From the NCBI GenBank assembly GCA_963836235.1, contig CAWIIP010000004.1, positions 199,281 through 263,280 of the forward strand: a DNA stretch of 64,000 nucleotides, read 5' to 3'. The position numbers and the translations under genes were made by a program. This DNA comes from an uncultured Pseudomonadota bacterium (lineage in GTDB: Bacteria; Oederibacteriota; Muellerivitia; Muellerivitales; Muellerivitaceae). A model generated the notes under the pieces. That model had not been told where the DNA came from, did no database searches, and worked only from the letters and a program-made list of their open reading frames with translations. Position 1 is the stretch's first letter. Every line of letters starts with the position of its first letter. Shown here piece by piece: positions 45,463 through 55,090 of this stretch.

Positions 45463-46568
45463 GCAAGCCTAATGTTCATGGATTGCCTTCGCATCTTCGT
45501 AAGGATGCGGAGGGTTATTTTTTGGACTACTTTATCCAGGAAGGCGGTTTGAAAAAAAGGAAAAGAGTCCGGTTGGGCCACGTACCTTTGGCCCAGGCCA
45601 AAAAGATCCTCGCTCAAAACATGACGGATATGTTGGAGCAAAGGTTTTTGGAGGTTGACCGGAAAAAGGTGACTTTTAACGAAGCCGCCGATTCCTTCTT
45701 GGCTTATTCCCAGGGCAGGAAAAAGAGCCACCGAAACGACATTCCAATTGTCGCGAGGTTCAAGGCTTTTTTTGGAAACCGGTACCTGGAAAGTTTGACC
45801 CTGGACCATTTGGAGTCGTACATTCTCCGAAGGCAAAGGGAAGGCCAAGTGAACCACAAGGGGAAACCCTTGTCGGGAACCACCTTGAACAAGGAAATCG
45901 CCTGCCTCAAGACGATTATCCATAGGGCTATTCGAAACGGCCAAATAGACCGTGATCCGATAGTCGGTATTAAAAAGTTCAAGGAAATTCCGCGGGATAG
46001 GACTCTTTCGCCAGAGGAGTGTCAGGGACTTCTCGTGGCTTGTTCCAACCACCTGCGGCCCATCGTCCAATTGGGTTATTCAACTGGAATGAGGTGCGGG
46101 GAAATACTAGGTTTGAGGTGGGAGCAAGTGGACTTTAAGAATAAAGTGATATTCTTAGAGGCTTTGGACACAAAGACCCAGGAAAAGAGGGAAGTACCGC
46201 TGAGCGAGGCTTTAGTAAGGCTTCTTCAGAATGTTCCCAAGACTCTTGGTAGTCCTTATGTGTTCACCTATAGAGGGAAGCGAATGGTCAGCGTGAAGAC
46301 AGCTTTCAAAATAGCGTGCCGAAGGGCTGGGGTTGAGAATTTCAGGTTCCATGACCTCAGGCATTGTTCGGTCACGAATATGAGGAAAGCGGGGGTTAGT
46401 GACAACGTCACCATGTCGATTCACGGTCATAAGTCAGGCGCAGTATTTAGGAGATATGACCGGGTAGACAGGGAAGACCGCCACAAGGCCCTTGGAAAAG
46501 TTGAAAGTTTGATTGACACGCATATGACACTCGTGGAAAATCAGTCTCCCCTTGAAGGGAGTAAGTAA
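45459..46568 (+). CDS. int: tyrosine recombinase / phage-type integrase
   Basis: RCGEILGLRWEQVDF. C-terminal catalytic region HDLRHCSVTNM ... HGHKSGAVFRRY (R..H..R..Y). Confidence 0.85.
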   Translation: MSKPNVHGLPSHLRKDAEGYFLDYFIQEGGLKKRKRVRLGHVPLAQAKKILAQNMTDMLEQRFLEVDRKKVTFNEAADSFLAYSQGRKKSHRNDIPIVARFKAFFGNRYLESLTLDHLESYILRRQREGQVNHKGKPLSGTTLNKEIACLKTIIHRAIRNGQIDRDPIVGIKKFKEIPRDRTLSPEECQGLLVACSNHLRPIVQLGYSTGMRCGEILGLRWEQVDFKNKVIFLEALDTKTQEKREVPLSEALVRLLQNVPKTLGSPYVFTYRGKRMVSVKTAFKIACRRAGVENFRFHDLRHCSVTNMRKAGVSDNVTMSIHGHKSGAVFRRYDRVDREDRHKALGKVESLIDTHMTLVENQSPLEGSK

Positions 46569-46631
46569 TGCAAAACCCTTTTGTGGAAAGGGTTTTGCAA
46601 GATGGAACGTAGATTGTAAAAAGTTGAGCTA

Positions 46632-46681
46632 GCCGCCTTGTAAGCGGCAGGTCACCGGTCCGATTCCGGTCGCCAGCTCCA
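46632..46681 (+). tRNA. tRNA-Thr(UGU)-like 3' fragment (anticodon arm + variable loop + T arm + acceptor 3' strand + CCA); partial, probable att site
   Basis: Anticodon stem GCCGC/GCGGC with loop CTTGTAA (anticodon TGT). T stem ACCGG/CCGGT with loop TCCGATT. Acceptor 3' strand CGCCAGC-T-CCA. No matching 5' acceptor strand or D arm upstream. Confidence 0.4.
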
Positions 46682-46883
46682 TTTTTCAAATTCATGTTGT
46701 TAATAGAAATTAAAAGCCTTTGTTTGCAATGACTTTAACCAGTTTTGCAGACAAGGGCTTTTTCATGTAACGGCAACAAAGCCACTCAAAGAATAACAAG
46801 AAGCCCATGACAACCGGTGAAGAAAAGCCCAATGAATAGGTTTCCGGAAGCGGAATTTGCGTCCGGAAACCATGGCCAATGGC

Positions 46884-47960
46884 CTAAGCCTTAAGGATGA
46901 CTTTCAAGGCATTTTCTTTCGCCGCGTTGCCGAAAGTGTCATAGGCCTTCATGACGTCGGAGAGGGCGAACTTATGGGTTCCCATCCTCTTGGCGTCCAG
47001 CTTCCCGGACTGCAACACCTTCAACAGCATGGGCGTGGTCACCGTGTCCACCAGGCGGGTGGTGATGGCCATGTTGCGGTCCCAAAGCTTTTCCAGGTGC
47101 AACTCGGCGGATTTGCCGTGAACCCCGATGTTGGCGATCCTTCCGCCGGGCGCGATGATGTTTTGGCAGGTCTCGAAGGAAGAAGGGACTCCGACGGCCT
47201 CAATGGCCACATCCACCCCATCGCCATGGGTCAGCAACCTCACTCGCTCCTCCACGTTCTCGTCCTTGAAATTAATGGTATGGGTCGCCCCGAAAGTGCG
47301 GGCCACCTGGAGCCGGTTATCATCCTGGTCGATCAGGATGAGCTGGGCGGGGGAATAGAACTGGGCGGTTAAGAGCGCGGCCAAGCCGATGGGGCCGGAG
47401 CCGACGATGGCTACCGTATCCCCTGGTTTCACCTGGCCATTGATCACACCGCACTCGAAGCCGGTAGGGAAGATATCCGACAGCATGACGATGGCTTCTT
47501 CGTCGATCCCCTCGGGCGCGTGGTAAAGGCTGTTATCCGCGTGGGGAACGCGGACATATTGGGCTTGGGTTCCGTCAATCATGTTTCCTAATATCCAACC
47601 ACCGTTGCGGCAATGGGAATACATCCCCTTTTTGCAATAATCGCATTTGCCACAGGACGTGATGCAGGAGACCAGAACCTTATCCCCTTTTTTGAATTGG
47701 GTGACGCCAGCACCGATTTCCTCCACGACCCCGACGCCCTCATGGCCCAGGATACGACCATCGGTCACGGTGGGTACGTCACCCTTCATGATGTGGAGGT
47801 CGGTTCCGCAAATGGTAGAAGTGGTGATACGGACAATGGCGTCGGTGGTTTCCTTGATGGCTGGTTTTGGCTTTTCCTCCCAAGCCCTTTGACCGGGTCC
47901 GTGATAAACCAGTGCCTTCATGGTGGTCGTGGTTTTTTCTTCCTTGATCATCGTCTTCAT
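46884..47960 (-). CDS. zinc-dependent alcohol dehydrogenase (MDR superfamily)
   Basis: GHEGVGVVEEIGAGV, zinc-binding CGKCDYC, and NAD-binding loop GSGPIGLAAL. Confidence 0.8.
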   Translation of the reverse strand: MKTMIKEEKTTTTMKALVYHGPGQRAWEEKPKPAIKETTDAIVRITTSTICGTDLHIMKGDVPTVTDGRILGHEGVGVVEEIGAGVTQFKKGDKVLVSCITSCGKCDYCKKGMYSHCRNGGWILGNMIDGTQAQYVRVPHADNSLYHAPEGIDEEAIVMLSDIFPTGFECGVINGQVKPGDTVAIVGSGPIGLAALLTAQFYSPAQLILIDQDDNRLQVARTFGATHTINFKDENVEERVRLLTHGDGVDVAIEAVGVPSSFETCQNIIAPGGRIANIGVHGKSAELHLEKLWDRNMAITTRLVDTVTTPMLLKVLQSGKLDAKRMGTHKFALSDVMKAYDTFGNAAKENALKVILKA

Positions 47961-48094
47961 GGCTACTCCTCCTCTGAACGAATCATTAACTTCAACATTA
48001 ACCTATTCCTAAAAACCTCGGCTTCATATGACTGAGGTCATACCTTGAGGTGGCCTTGATCCCTATCATGAAATCGAAAGCCTAAAAGAGGAGG

Positions 48095-50513
48095 ATGGTC
48101 ATGGCGGATTCAAGCGAATGGGTGAAAAGATTCGAGGAAGTGGGTATGCGGGACATCCCGTTGGTGGGCGGCAAGAATGCCTCCCTGGGTGAAATGACAC
48201 AAAATCTCGCGAAAGCGGGAGTGAAGGTGCCCGAAGGTTTTGCAATCACCTCCAAGGCCTATTGGGATATTTTGGAGCAAAACCGTTTAGAGGGCGCGCT
48301 GGATCACCTGGCCGCAGAAGCGGAAAAGAGCCCGAAAAAACTCAAGACCGTGGGAAAGGCCGCGCGGGGTCTCATGCTTCACGCCCAATTTCCCATGGAA
48401 CTCACATTAGAAATTCGCCGTGCCTATCGGGACCTTTGCGAGAAAGCAGGGGACGGGAATTTGGCGGTGGCGGTGCGTTCGTCCGCTACCGCGGAGGATT
48501 TGCCGGACGCTAGCTTCGCGGGACAGCAAGAAACCTTCCTAAATGTCAGGGGGGAAAAGGCGTTGTTGGACGCCTGCCGAAAATGTTACGCCTCTCTCTT
48601 CACCGACAGGGCCATCAGTTACCGCATCGAGAAGGGTTATTCTCACACGAAGGTGGCCCTGTCCATCGGCATCCAGCGGATGGTGCGCTCCGATATCGGA
48701 AGTTCAGGGGTCATGTTTTCCATCGATACTGACAGTGGCTTTCCCAAGGTCGTCCTCATCAACGCGGACTATGGACTGGGGGAAACAGTGGTACAGGGCG
48801 AGGTGGATCCGGACGAATACATGGTCTTCAAACCCCTTTTGGAAAATCCCGGATCTGATTCCTATTCTGGAAAAAAAGCGCGGGGGCAAGAAAGTCAAAA
48901 TGGTTTACCGCCCGGGGGGAGAGGGCACCCAACTTAAAAAAACCAGTTCGAAAGAGCAAACGAGCACCGTATTGACCAATACGGAAATACTCCAATTGGC
49001 CAAGTGGGCCGTTCTGGTGGAAAAGCATTATGGCAAGCCCATGGATATGGAATGGGCCAAGGACGGGAAGACGGGGGAACTTTACATGGTTCAGGCCCGG
49101 CCTGAGACCGTCCAATCCCGCAAAAAGGCCGGGGTATTAAAGAAGTATAGTTTGAAGGAAAAAGGCCAAGTTCTTCTGACTGGAATGGCGGTCGGGGACG
49201 GCATCGCCTCGGGCCAAGTGTGCCGGGTGAAGAGCGCCAAGGAGATCGCCAAATTCAAGGAAGGTTCCATCCTCGTGGCCGAGATGACCGATCCGGACTG
49301 GGTGCCCATCATGAAAAAGGCCAAGGGCATCATCACGGACCATGGAGGCCGCACTTGCCACGCCGCCATCGTGAGCCGGGAGCTGGGCATCCCCGCGGTC
49401 GTGGGCACGGCCCGGGCGACCCATATCCTCAAAAGCGGGCAACCGGTCACCCTTTCCTGTGCCGAAGGGCTGCAGGGCGAGGTGTATCAGGGTGAACTAG
49501 CCTTCGAGGAAAAGGAGATCCGGCTGGATCAAATGGCGGACACTCGGACGCAGATATTGATGAACATCGCCAGCCCCGACGCGGCTTTCCAGTGGTGGCA
49601 CCTTCCGGTCAAGGGAATCGGCCTGGCCCGGATGGAATTCCTGGTAAGCGACACTATCAAAGTTCATCCCATGGCCCTAGTGAATTTCCAAAAGTTAAAG
49701 GACAAGAAAGCTAAACGGCAAATCGCCGAAATCACCCAAGGCTATAAAGATAAAACCGAATATTTCGTGGATAAGCTTGCCCGGGGACTTTGCCAAATCG
49801 CGGCTACCCAGTATCCCTACCCGGTTATCGTGCGCTTGAGCGACTTCAAGACCAATGAATACGCCAACCTCATCGGCGGGGCGCCCTTCGAGCCAAAGGA
49901 GGAAAACCCCATGATCGGCTGGCGGGGCGCGTCCCGCTATTACAGCCCTGGCTACCAGCCGGGTTTCGAGCTGGAATGCAAGGCCTTGAAGCGGGCGAGG
50001 GAAGTGATCGGGCTGGACAATATCGTTGTCATGGTGCCCTTCTGCCGGACCACGGGGGAAGCGGATAAGGTGTTGGCGGTCATGGAAAGCCAGGGGTTGA
50101 AGCGGGGGGAGAAGGGTTTGAAAGTTTACGTGATGTGCGAGATACCCGCCAACGTCATCATGGCCGAGGAATTCGCCAAGCGCTTTGACGGCTTTTCCAT
50201 CGGTTCCAACGACCTGACCCAATTGACCCTGGGGGTGGACCGGGACTCGGGGGTCCTTAGCAAGCTTTTTGACGAGCAGGACGAGGCGGTCAAGCGTTCC
50301 ATCGCGGAAGTCATCCGCCGCTGCAGGGCCACCGGCACCAAAATCGGCATCTGTGGCCAAGCCCCTAGCGATCATCCCGATTTCGCGGCTTTTTTGGTGG
50401 AATGTGGAATCGATTCCATTTCGCTCAATCCCGATTCGGTGGCGGCGGCTTTGAAAAGTGTGGCGGAACAGGAAGCGAAACAAGAGAAAGGCCGGGGGAA
50501 GGGGGCGGCATGA
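48095..50513 (+). pseudogene. ppsA: phosphoenolpyruvate synthase (ppsA) with a frameshift near 48845-48860 (authentic pseudogene or homopolymer sequencing error)
   Basis: N-terminal PpsA signature (RDIPLVGGKNASLGEM) in ORF 48095-48937. It continues in another frame in ORF 48543-50513 (phospho-His region TDHGGRTCHAAIVSRELGIPAVVG, PEP-utilising C-terminus). The frame switch is at the CCCCTTTTGGAAAATCCC runs. Confidence 0.75.
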
Positions 50514-50705
50514 ATCGAGATTGGCACTCGCGCCATAAAATGCCGAAAAAGCCGACTGTTGAGCAACGGAAACGATGGCATTTAGGTCACGCCGAACATT
50601 GCGGGTGCCGGCCCATTCCACCGGGTTTGTTAAGGAAAGTTGGAAAGATGAAATAACCGAGTCTGAGCCTTTGTGGTTCTTTTTGAAAAGTAAGAGGAGG
50701 CGGCT

Positions 50706-51512
50706 ATGAAAACTAAAATGGGAAGCCGATTCGGAAAGAAAATCGAGGACTGGATCGGAGAAGCTTGTTTTGGTTGCTTGGAAAATACCTATATTCCAAA
50801 AGCTTTGCAAAAGCAGGTATCGAAACTTTTTAAAAGAAACAGAACTCAGTCCACCCCGAAACCCACCCCTTTAAAGGTTACGACCCGCCCGTTGAAAAAC
50901 AAAGGGTTACTGGGAATAGGCTTGTTCATTTTTGGGGCGGCTTTAATCCCGTTCCGGTTATTGGCCCAGGAACTGGCGCCCAATCAAAAGTGGATTGAAC
51001 AGGCCGACGCCGGTTTTGTCTTTCCCGTCAGTACCAATGTTTCATCGGTGTTCAATGTGGGCTTGGGGGGAGACATTCTGGTGGGCTATCGATTCGACCG
51101 CAATTTCAGCCTTTCCACGGATTTGGGTTATTACGATTGTGACCAGAAGGGGCCTTCCGGCGCGGCGGCCGGGGAATGGATTTACGTGCCCTTAATGGAA
51201 GTGGCACGGTACAACTTCGGTTCCGGCAGGATCCGGCCATATGTCCTTTTGGGGACGGGCGTGGCTTTCAATAATTACCATGAAACCCTCATCAACCTGG
51301 GCCAAAGCCTGGACCTCAGCCGAGTGGGAACCGATTTTTTATTGTCTCCCGGCGCCGGGGTCTTGTTTGTGGTTTACAGCGACGCGGCCGTTTATCTCCA
51401 GGCGAGGATGGACATGAATTTCACGCCGAATAGAAGCTTAAGCAGCCCCGTGGTGGACAATCCGTCAATTTTTATTCCCGTCAAGGCGGGATTGAGCTTT
51501 TTCGTGCTCTGA
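50706..51512 (+). CDS. outer-membrane beta-barrel protein (OmpA-like/OmpW-like porin-family barrel); likely true start TTG 50892
   Basis: From TTG 50892 the protein starts with signal peptide MKNKGLLGIGLFIFGAALIPFRLLAQE. Alternating-residue beta strands. The ATG 50706 version has an extension of about 60 aa before the signal peptide. Confidence 0.5.
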   Translation: MKTKMGSRFGKKIEDWIGEACFGCLENTYIPKALQKQVSKLFKRNRTQSTPKPTPLKVTTRPLKNKGLLGIGLFIFGAALIPFRLLAQELAPNQKWIEQADAGFVFPVSTNVSSVFNVGLGGDILVGYRFDRNFSLSTDLGYYDCDQKGPSGAAAGEWIYVPLMEVARYNFGSGRIRPYVLLGTGVAFNNYHETLINLGQSLDLSRVGTDFLLSPGAGVLFVVYSDAAVYLQARMDMNFTPNRSLSSPVVDNPSIFIPVKAGLSFFVL

Positions 51513-51591
51513 TCCGGAAACTTATGACTGCGGTCATAAAGGTTTTAGCCAAGCCGTCCTAGGATGAGGTTAAGGGAAGAAGAGGTGTTCC

Positions 51592-51933
51592 ATGGCGGAT
51601 GAAAGAAACTCTTCGGAAAAAAGTCAAACCGGTTTTTTTCAGACGGCGGGGAAAGCCTTCGATTTTTTGGCCGCTATCCGGATTTTTTTCACCGAAATCA
51701 AGGAGTCGATCCTACAGCATTGGGATTGGTTCCTTCGCCGGGTGGAGTATCTTTTTGTCGTTTATTTGTGGATTTCGGTCGGCATTCTTTTGATGGTCCT
51801 TGGAATATTCGACCTCTTAATCGACTTCTGCCGGATCTCACGGGGAGTGGTATTTTCTCTCGGCGGATTGTTGATTTTACTGGTCGCGGTCATTTTTTTA
51901 CAGGCGGCCAAGATGAAAAGACGCGGAAAATAA
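51592..51933 (+). CDS. small membrane protein, hypothetical
   Basis: 113 aa with two TM helices. Confidence 0.3.
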   Translation: MADERNSSEKSQTGFFQTAGKAFDFLAAIRIFFTEIKESILQHWDWFLRRVEYLFVVYLWISVGILLMVLGIFDLLIDFCRISRGVVFSLGGLLILLVAVIFLQAAKMKRRGK

Positions 51934-51950
51934 AATAAGAAGGGGGAATT

Positions 51951-52301
51951 ATGGCACTCAAGGAAAAGGCTTCGGCCGCGTGGAGCGAACTGAAGCAGAA
52001 ATTGCAGGATAAGGAAAACCGGCGCAGGGTGAAAGAGGAGATTGAGAGGCGGTTGAAGCAGGGACGGGAGGCTTTTGACCGCGTCGAAAAGGAACTCAGG
52101 GATCCCGAGAATGAGGCGCGGTTGGAAAATAAATTATTTGACGCCCAGCGGAAATTGAAAAAAGCGAAGGCCGAATTCGCGAAGAAGAAGGCTGAAGCCG
52201 TCAATTACACCAAGGACAATCCCGAAAAGGCGCTAGTGATCGCGGCGGCGGCGGGGGCCTTGGCGGGGGCTCTTTGGACAGTTTTAAAGCGAAAAAAATA
52301 G
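51951..52301 (+). CDS. DUF883 (ElaB/YqjD-like) membrane-anchored stress protein
   Basis: Helical, K/E-rich. C-terminal TM ALVIAAAAGALAGALW. Confidence 0.5.
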   Translation: MALKEKASAAWSELKQKLQDKENRRRVKEEIERRLKQGREAFDRVEKELRDPENEARLENKLFDAQRKLKKAKAEFAKKKAEAVNYTKDNPEKALVIAAAAGALAGALWTVLKRKK

Positions 52302-52313
52302 GACGGTGGAACC

Positions 52314-52508
52314 ATGATGAAAAACGCGCATAAAAAGGAACCCCGATTCTCCGATGCGGATATTTTAAAGCCTGCGCATCATCAGTTGAGGGAAGCGGCT
52401 TATTACCGCTGGTTAGACCGGGGGATGCCTGAGGGGGAAGGACTGGAAGACTGGTACGAGGTGGAGAATAAGTGGAGGGACAATATCGTTCCTTCCCGAA
52501 ATGATTAA
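52314..52508 (+). CDS. DUF2934-like small protein
   Basis: REAAYYRWLDRGMPEGEGLEDW motif. Confidence 0.4.
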   Translation: MMKNAHKKEPRFSDADILKPAHHQLREAAYYRWLDRGMPEGEGLEDWYEVENKWRDNIVPSRND

Positions 52509-52531
52509 AACAACTTTCAAAAAGGATCGGA

Positions 52532-52777
52532 GTGAATAACGTAGTAAGAAGCAAGGAGGATGTCATGACGATGATTAAAGAAAGAAAAACGGTGTCAAAG
52601 CATTTGGAGACGGGGAAGCCTGTGGAAAAGATGACCAAGGAAGATCTGGAAATGGCGGCTTATTTCCATTGGCTGGGCCGGGGATGCCCCAGCGACGACG
52701 CGCTTACCGATTGGATCGCCGTCGAAAAAAAATGGGGGCAGGAAGCTATTTCCGACAAAATGGACGTGCAGGCCTGA
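52532..52777 (+). CDS. DUF2934-like small protein (paralogue)
   Basis: EMAAYFHWLGRGCPSDDALTDW motif. Confidence 0.4.
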   Translation: MNNVVRSKEDVMTMIKERKTVSKHLETGKPVEKMTKEDLEMAAYFHWLGRGCPSDDALTDWIAVEKKWGQEAISDKMDVQA

Positions 52778-52797
52778 AAGCCGGTTAAGGAGGAGCC

Positions 52798-53136
52798 ATG
52801 AAAACGGAATTGATGGAAAAATTCAAATGGCGCATGGCCAAGTGGCTTTGGGCGCCGCCAGGAGAGATGCCCGTCTCCGATAAAAAATACGCCGAGTGGA
52901 TCAAGCCCGAGGGAAAGCCCGTCAAAAACAAAAGACAGCGCCAACCATTGGCGGGGCGCGGAACTCCCCTGGGTGGAACCAGGCCCATCGAGGAATTTTA
53001 CCATCGGGGCCCTTATTCCCGGCATGAAGCGCGGGCCCGCCATACTCCCAAAGCGGCATTGCCCTTTAGGGGTAAAGGTTTCAAAGTGGAGAGGCGCTCC
53101 AATCGGAGCAAAACCCGCAGGGCGGAAGGGAACTAA
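52798..53136 (+). CDS. basic hypothetical protein
   Basis: 112 aa, Lys/Arg-rich. No motif. Confidence 0.3.
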   Translation: MKTELMEKFKWRMAKWLWAPPGEMPVSDKKYAEWIKPEGKPVKNKRQRQPLAGRGTPLGGTRPIEEFYHRGPYSRHEARARHTPKAALPFRGKGFKVERRSNRSKTRRAEGN

Positions 53137-53139
53137 GTC

Positions 53140-53748
53140 ATGCATCACATCATGGCGAAATTCTGGTGGATATTAGCCGTCCGGGGGATTTTAGGGATTC
53201 TCTTGGGTCTGGTTTCCATTGGGTGGATTATCGCCTTGAACGGATATTATCCGGATGGTTTTGGTTTGTCCCTTTTCGCGAAGTGGGCGACGATCGTCGC
53301 GACGTTGGTTTTGCTCTTGGGGCTTTACGCTTTTCTGGACGGTTTTTTTGCCGTTCTTTTGGGGGCTCAGGATTATGGGGACGGCCGCCGTTGGTGGACC
53401 CTTATAGTGGAGGGCATCTTGAGCATCGGTTTGGGGGTTTTAACTTGGCTCAAACCGGATTCGGTTTTGTTAATGCTCCTCTATTGGGTGGCGGGTTGGG
53501 CTTTTCTCACGGGTTTTCTGGAAATTTTCCAGGCTTTTGACTTGAACGAATATAAGGAAAGAAGGCGTCCCCTATTCTTCGCCGGGCTTTGTTCCGTAGT
53601 ATTCGCGGTGTTGATCCTCGCTTTCCGGGAGGGTGGAATAACGCTCGTCTGGCTGATGGGAACCTATGCCTTCGCTTTCGGAATCCCCCTGCTTGTTTTT
53701 GCCTTCCGTTTACGCAGTTTTACCCCTGTTTCCCATCGGACCCGATAA
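53140..53748 (+). CDS. HdeD-like (DUF308) membrane protein
   Basis: Repeated WW.L..GIL.I.LG hydrophobic hairpins. 202 aa. Confidence 0.5.
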   Translation: MHHIMAKFWWILAVRGILGILLGLVSIGWIIALNGYYPDGFGLSLFAKWATIVATLVLLLGLYAFLDGFFAVLLGAQDYGDGRRWWTLIVEGILSIGLGVLTWLKPDSVLLMLLYWVAGWAFLTGFLEIFQAFDLNEYKERRRPLFFAGLCSVVFAVLILAFREGGITLVWLMGTYAFAFGIPLLVFAFRLRSFTPVSHRTR

Positions 53749-53881
53749 CCGCCGGTTCTTTAACTTTCCTAAAAAACCAAAATTTACGCCTTTTTTCTTC
53801 AACTTTCCCTTGTGACTTGGCGAAGTAAAACAGTAAAATTTTTCATTCTGTTTTTACCTTCTATCCGGGAAAGTCCTGCCA

Positions 53882-55090
53882 TTGAAGAAACAAAAGAAGG
53901 TCAAAAAACCAGTCGTTAAAGGACGAGCAAAACCCAAGTCCCTTTCAGGATTCAAGGAACTTCGTAAGGCCGGAGACCAGGTGGACCGGTTCAAAGGGGT
54001 CTTGGAAGCCGCGCCCGACGCCATGGTTATTGTGGGAAAGGATGGAAAGATCATCCTGGTGAACGCCCAGACCGAAATCCTTTTTGGTTACAACCGGGAG
54101 GAATTACTGGGCCAACGTATCGAGATCCTCATCCCAGAGCGTTTTCGAGCCCATCATCCGGGCCAACGCGGCGGCTATTTTGTTTCCCCCAATGTAAGGC
54201 CCATGGGTCCGGGACTCGATCTTTACGCCCTTCGGAAGGACGGGACTGAATTTCCGGCGGAAATCAGCCTGAGCCCGGTAGAGACACCGGATGGCATTTT
54301 TGCCACCGCCGCCATCCGGGACATTACCGAGCGCAAAAGGCAAATGGAGGAAGAGAACCGGCGCATGCAGGAAGCCAGCCGCCTCAAGAGCGAGTTCCTG
54401 GCTAATATGTCCCATGAGCTCCGAACTCCCCTGAACGCCATCATCGGTTTTTCCGAACTGATGTACCATGAAAAGGTCGGCCCGGTTTCGGAAGAACACA
54501 AGGAATACCTGGGCGACATCCTCACCAGCGCCCGGCATCTTCTCCAGCTCATCAACGACGTGTTGGACCTGACCAAAGTGGAAGCAGGCAAGATGGAGTT
54601 CCGCCCTGAAGTCTTAGATTTAGTCAAAGTTGTCCGGGAAGTGAGGGACATCTTGAGGGGTCTGGCCAGCCCGAAAGGCATCCAAGTGGAAGTTCAAATC
54701 GACCCCCTCCTCACGAAAGTGGTCCTGGATGGTTCGAAATTCAAGCAAGTGCTTTATAACTACCTGTCCAATGCCCTCAAATTCACTCCTGATCAAGGGC
54801 GGGTAACCATTCACCTGAACCCCCTCAACCAAACTATGTTTCGCCTCGAGGTAGAAGACACGGGCGTTGGCATCAAACCGGAAGATATCCACAAACTTTT
54901 CATCGAATTCCAGCAATTGGACGCGGGTTCGGCCAAGAAATATGCCGGGACAGGCCTGGGGCTGGCCCTGACCAAACGAATCGTGGAGGCCCAGGGCGGG
55001 AAGGTGGGAGTTCGGAGCGAGTTTGGGAAAGGAAGCGTATTTTTCGCCGAATTCCCGATCGAAATGAAGGGGGTGTCCGGTGGCCGGTGA
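53882..55090 (+). CDS. PAS-domain sensor histidine kinase
   Basis: TTG start. PAS ([21 protein letters not shown]). H-box [15 protein letters not shown]. HATPase_c (GTGLGLAL). Confidence 0.8.
   Translation: MKKQKKVKKPVVKGRAKPKSLSGFKELRKAGDQVDRFKGVLEAAPDAMVIVGKDGKIILVNAQTEILFGYNREELLGQRIEILIPERFRAHHPGQRGGYFVSPNVRPMGPGLDLYALRKDGTEFPAEISLSPVETPDGIFATAAIRDITERKRQMEEENRRMQEASRLKSEFLANMSHELRTPLNAIIGFSELMYHEKVGPVSEEHKEYLGDILTSARHLLQLINDVLDLTKVEAGKMEFRPEVLDLVKVVREVRDILRGLASPKGIQVEVQIDPLLTKVVLDGSKFKQVLYNYLSNALKFTPDQGRVTIHLNPLNQTMFRLEVEDTGVGIKPEDIHKLFIEFQQLDAGSAKKYAGTGLGLALTKRIVEAQGGKVGVRSEFGKGSVFFAEFPIEMKGVSGGR

Larger units (their letters stand above)
37229..46681. mobile_element. right-hand module of an integrative (conjugative) element: T4SS genes, cargo, xis, int, tRNA-fragment att site; left boundary not determined
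   Basis: VirB2/3/4/6/8-like genes, excisionase, tyrosine integrase and an adjacent partial tRNA. Upstream there are ArdC/DUF2958 and a GC-content mosaic. Confidence 0.5.

Noticed and set aside
46605-46681. Full-length tRNA gene
   Set aside because: Only the 3' 50 nt fold as tRNA. No sequence upstream pairs with the acceptor 3' strand CGCCAGC, and no D arm is present. I call it a fragment/att site.
46447-46695. 82-aa minus-strand ORF
   Set aside because: Overlaps the integrase 3' end and the tRNA-like fragment. Its peptide GAGDRNRTGDLPLTRR is the usual artefact of translating tRNA-like sequence.
46857-48035. Plus-strand ORFs 46857-47372, 47128-47358, 47613-48035
   Set aside because: Antisense to the alcohol dehydrogenase gene. 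Gly/His/Leu-rich junk translation.
49695-50810. 371-aa minus-strand ORF
   Set aside because: Lies entirely antisense to the conserved PpsA reading frame. The Arg/Gly/Pro-rich low-complexity translation is typical of antisense frames in GC-rich genes.
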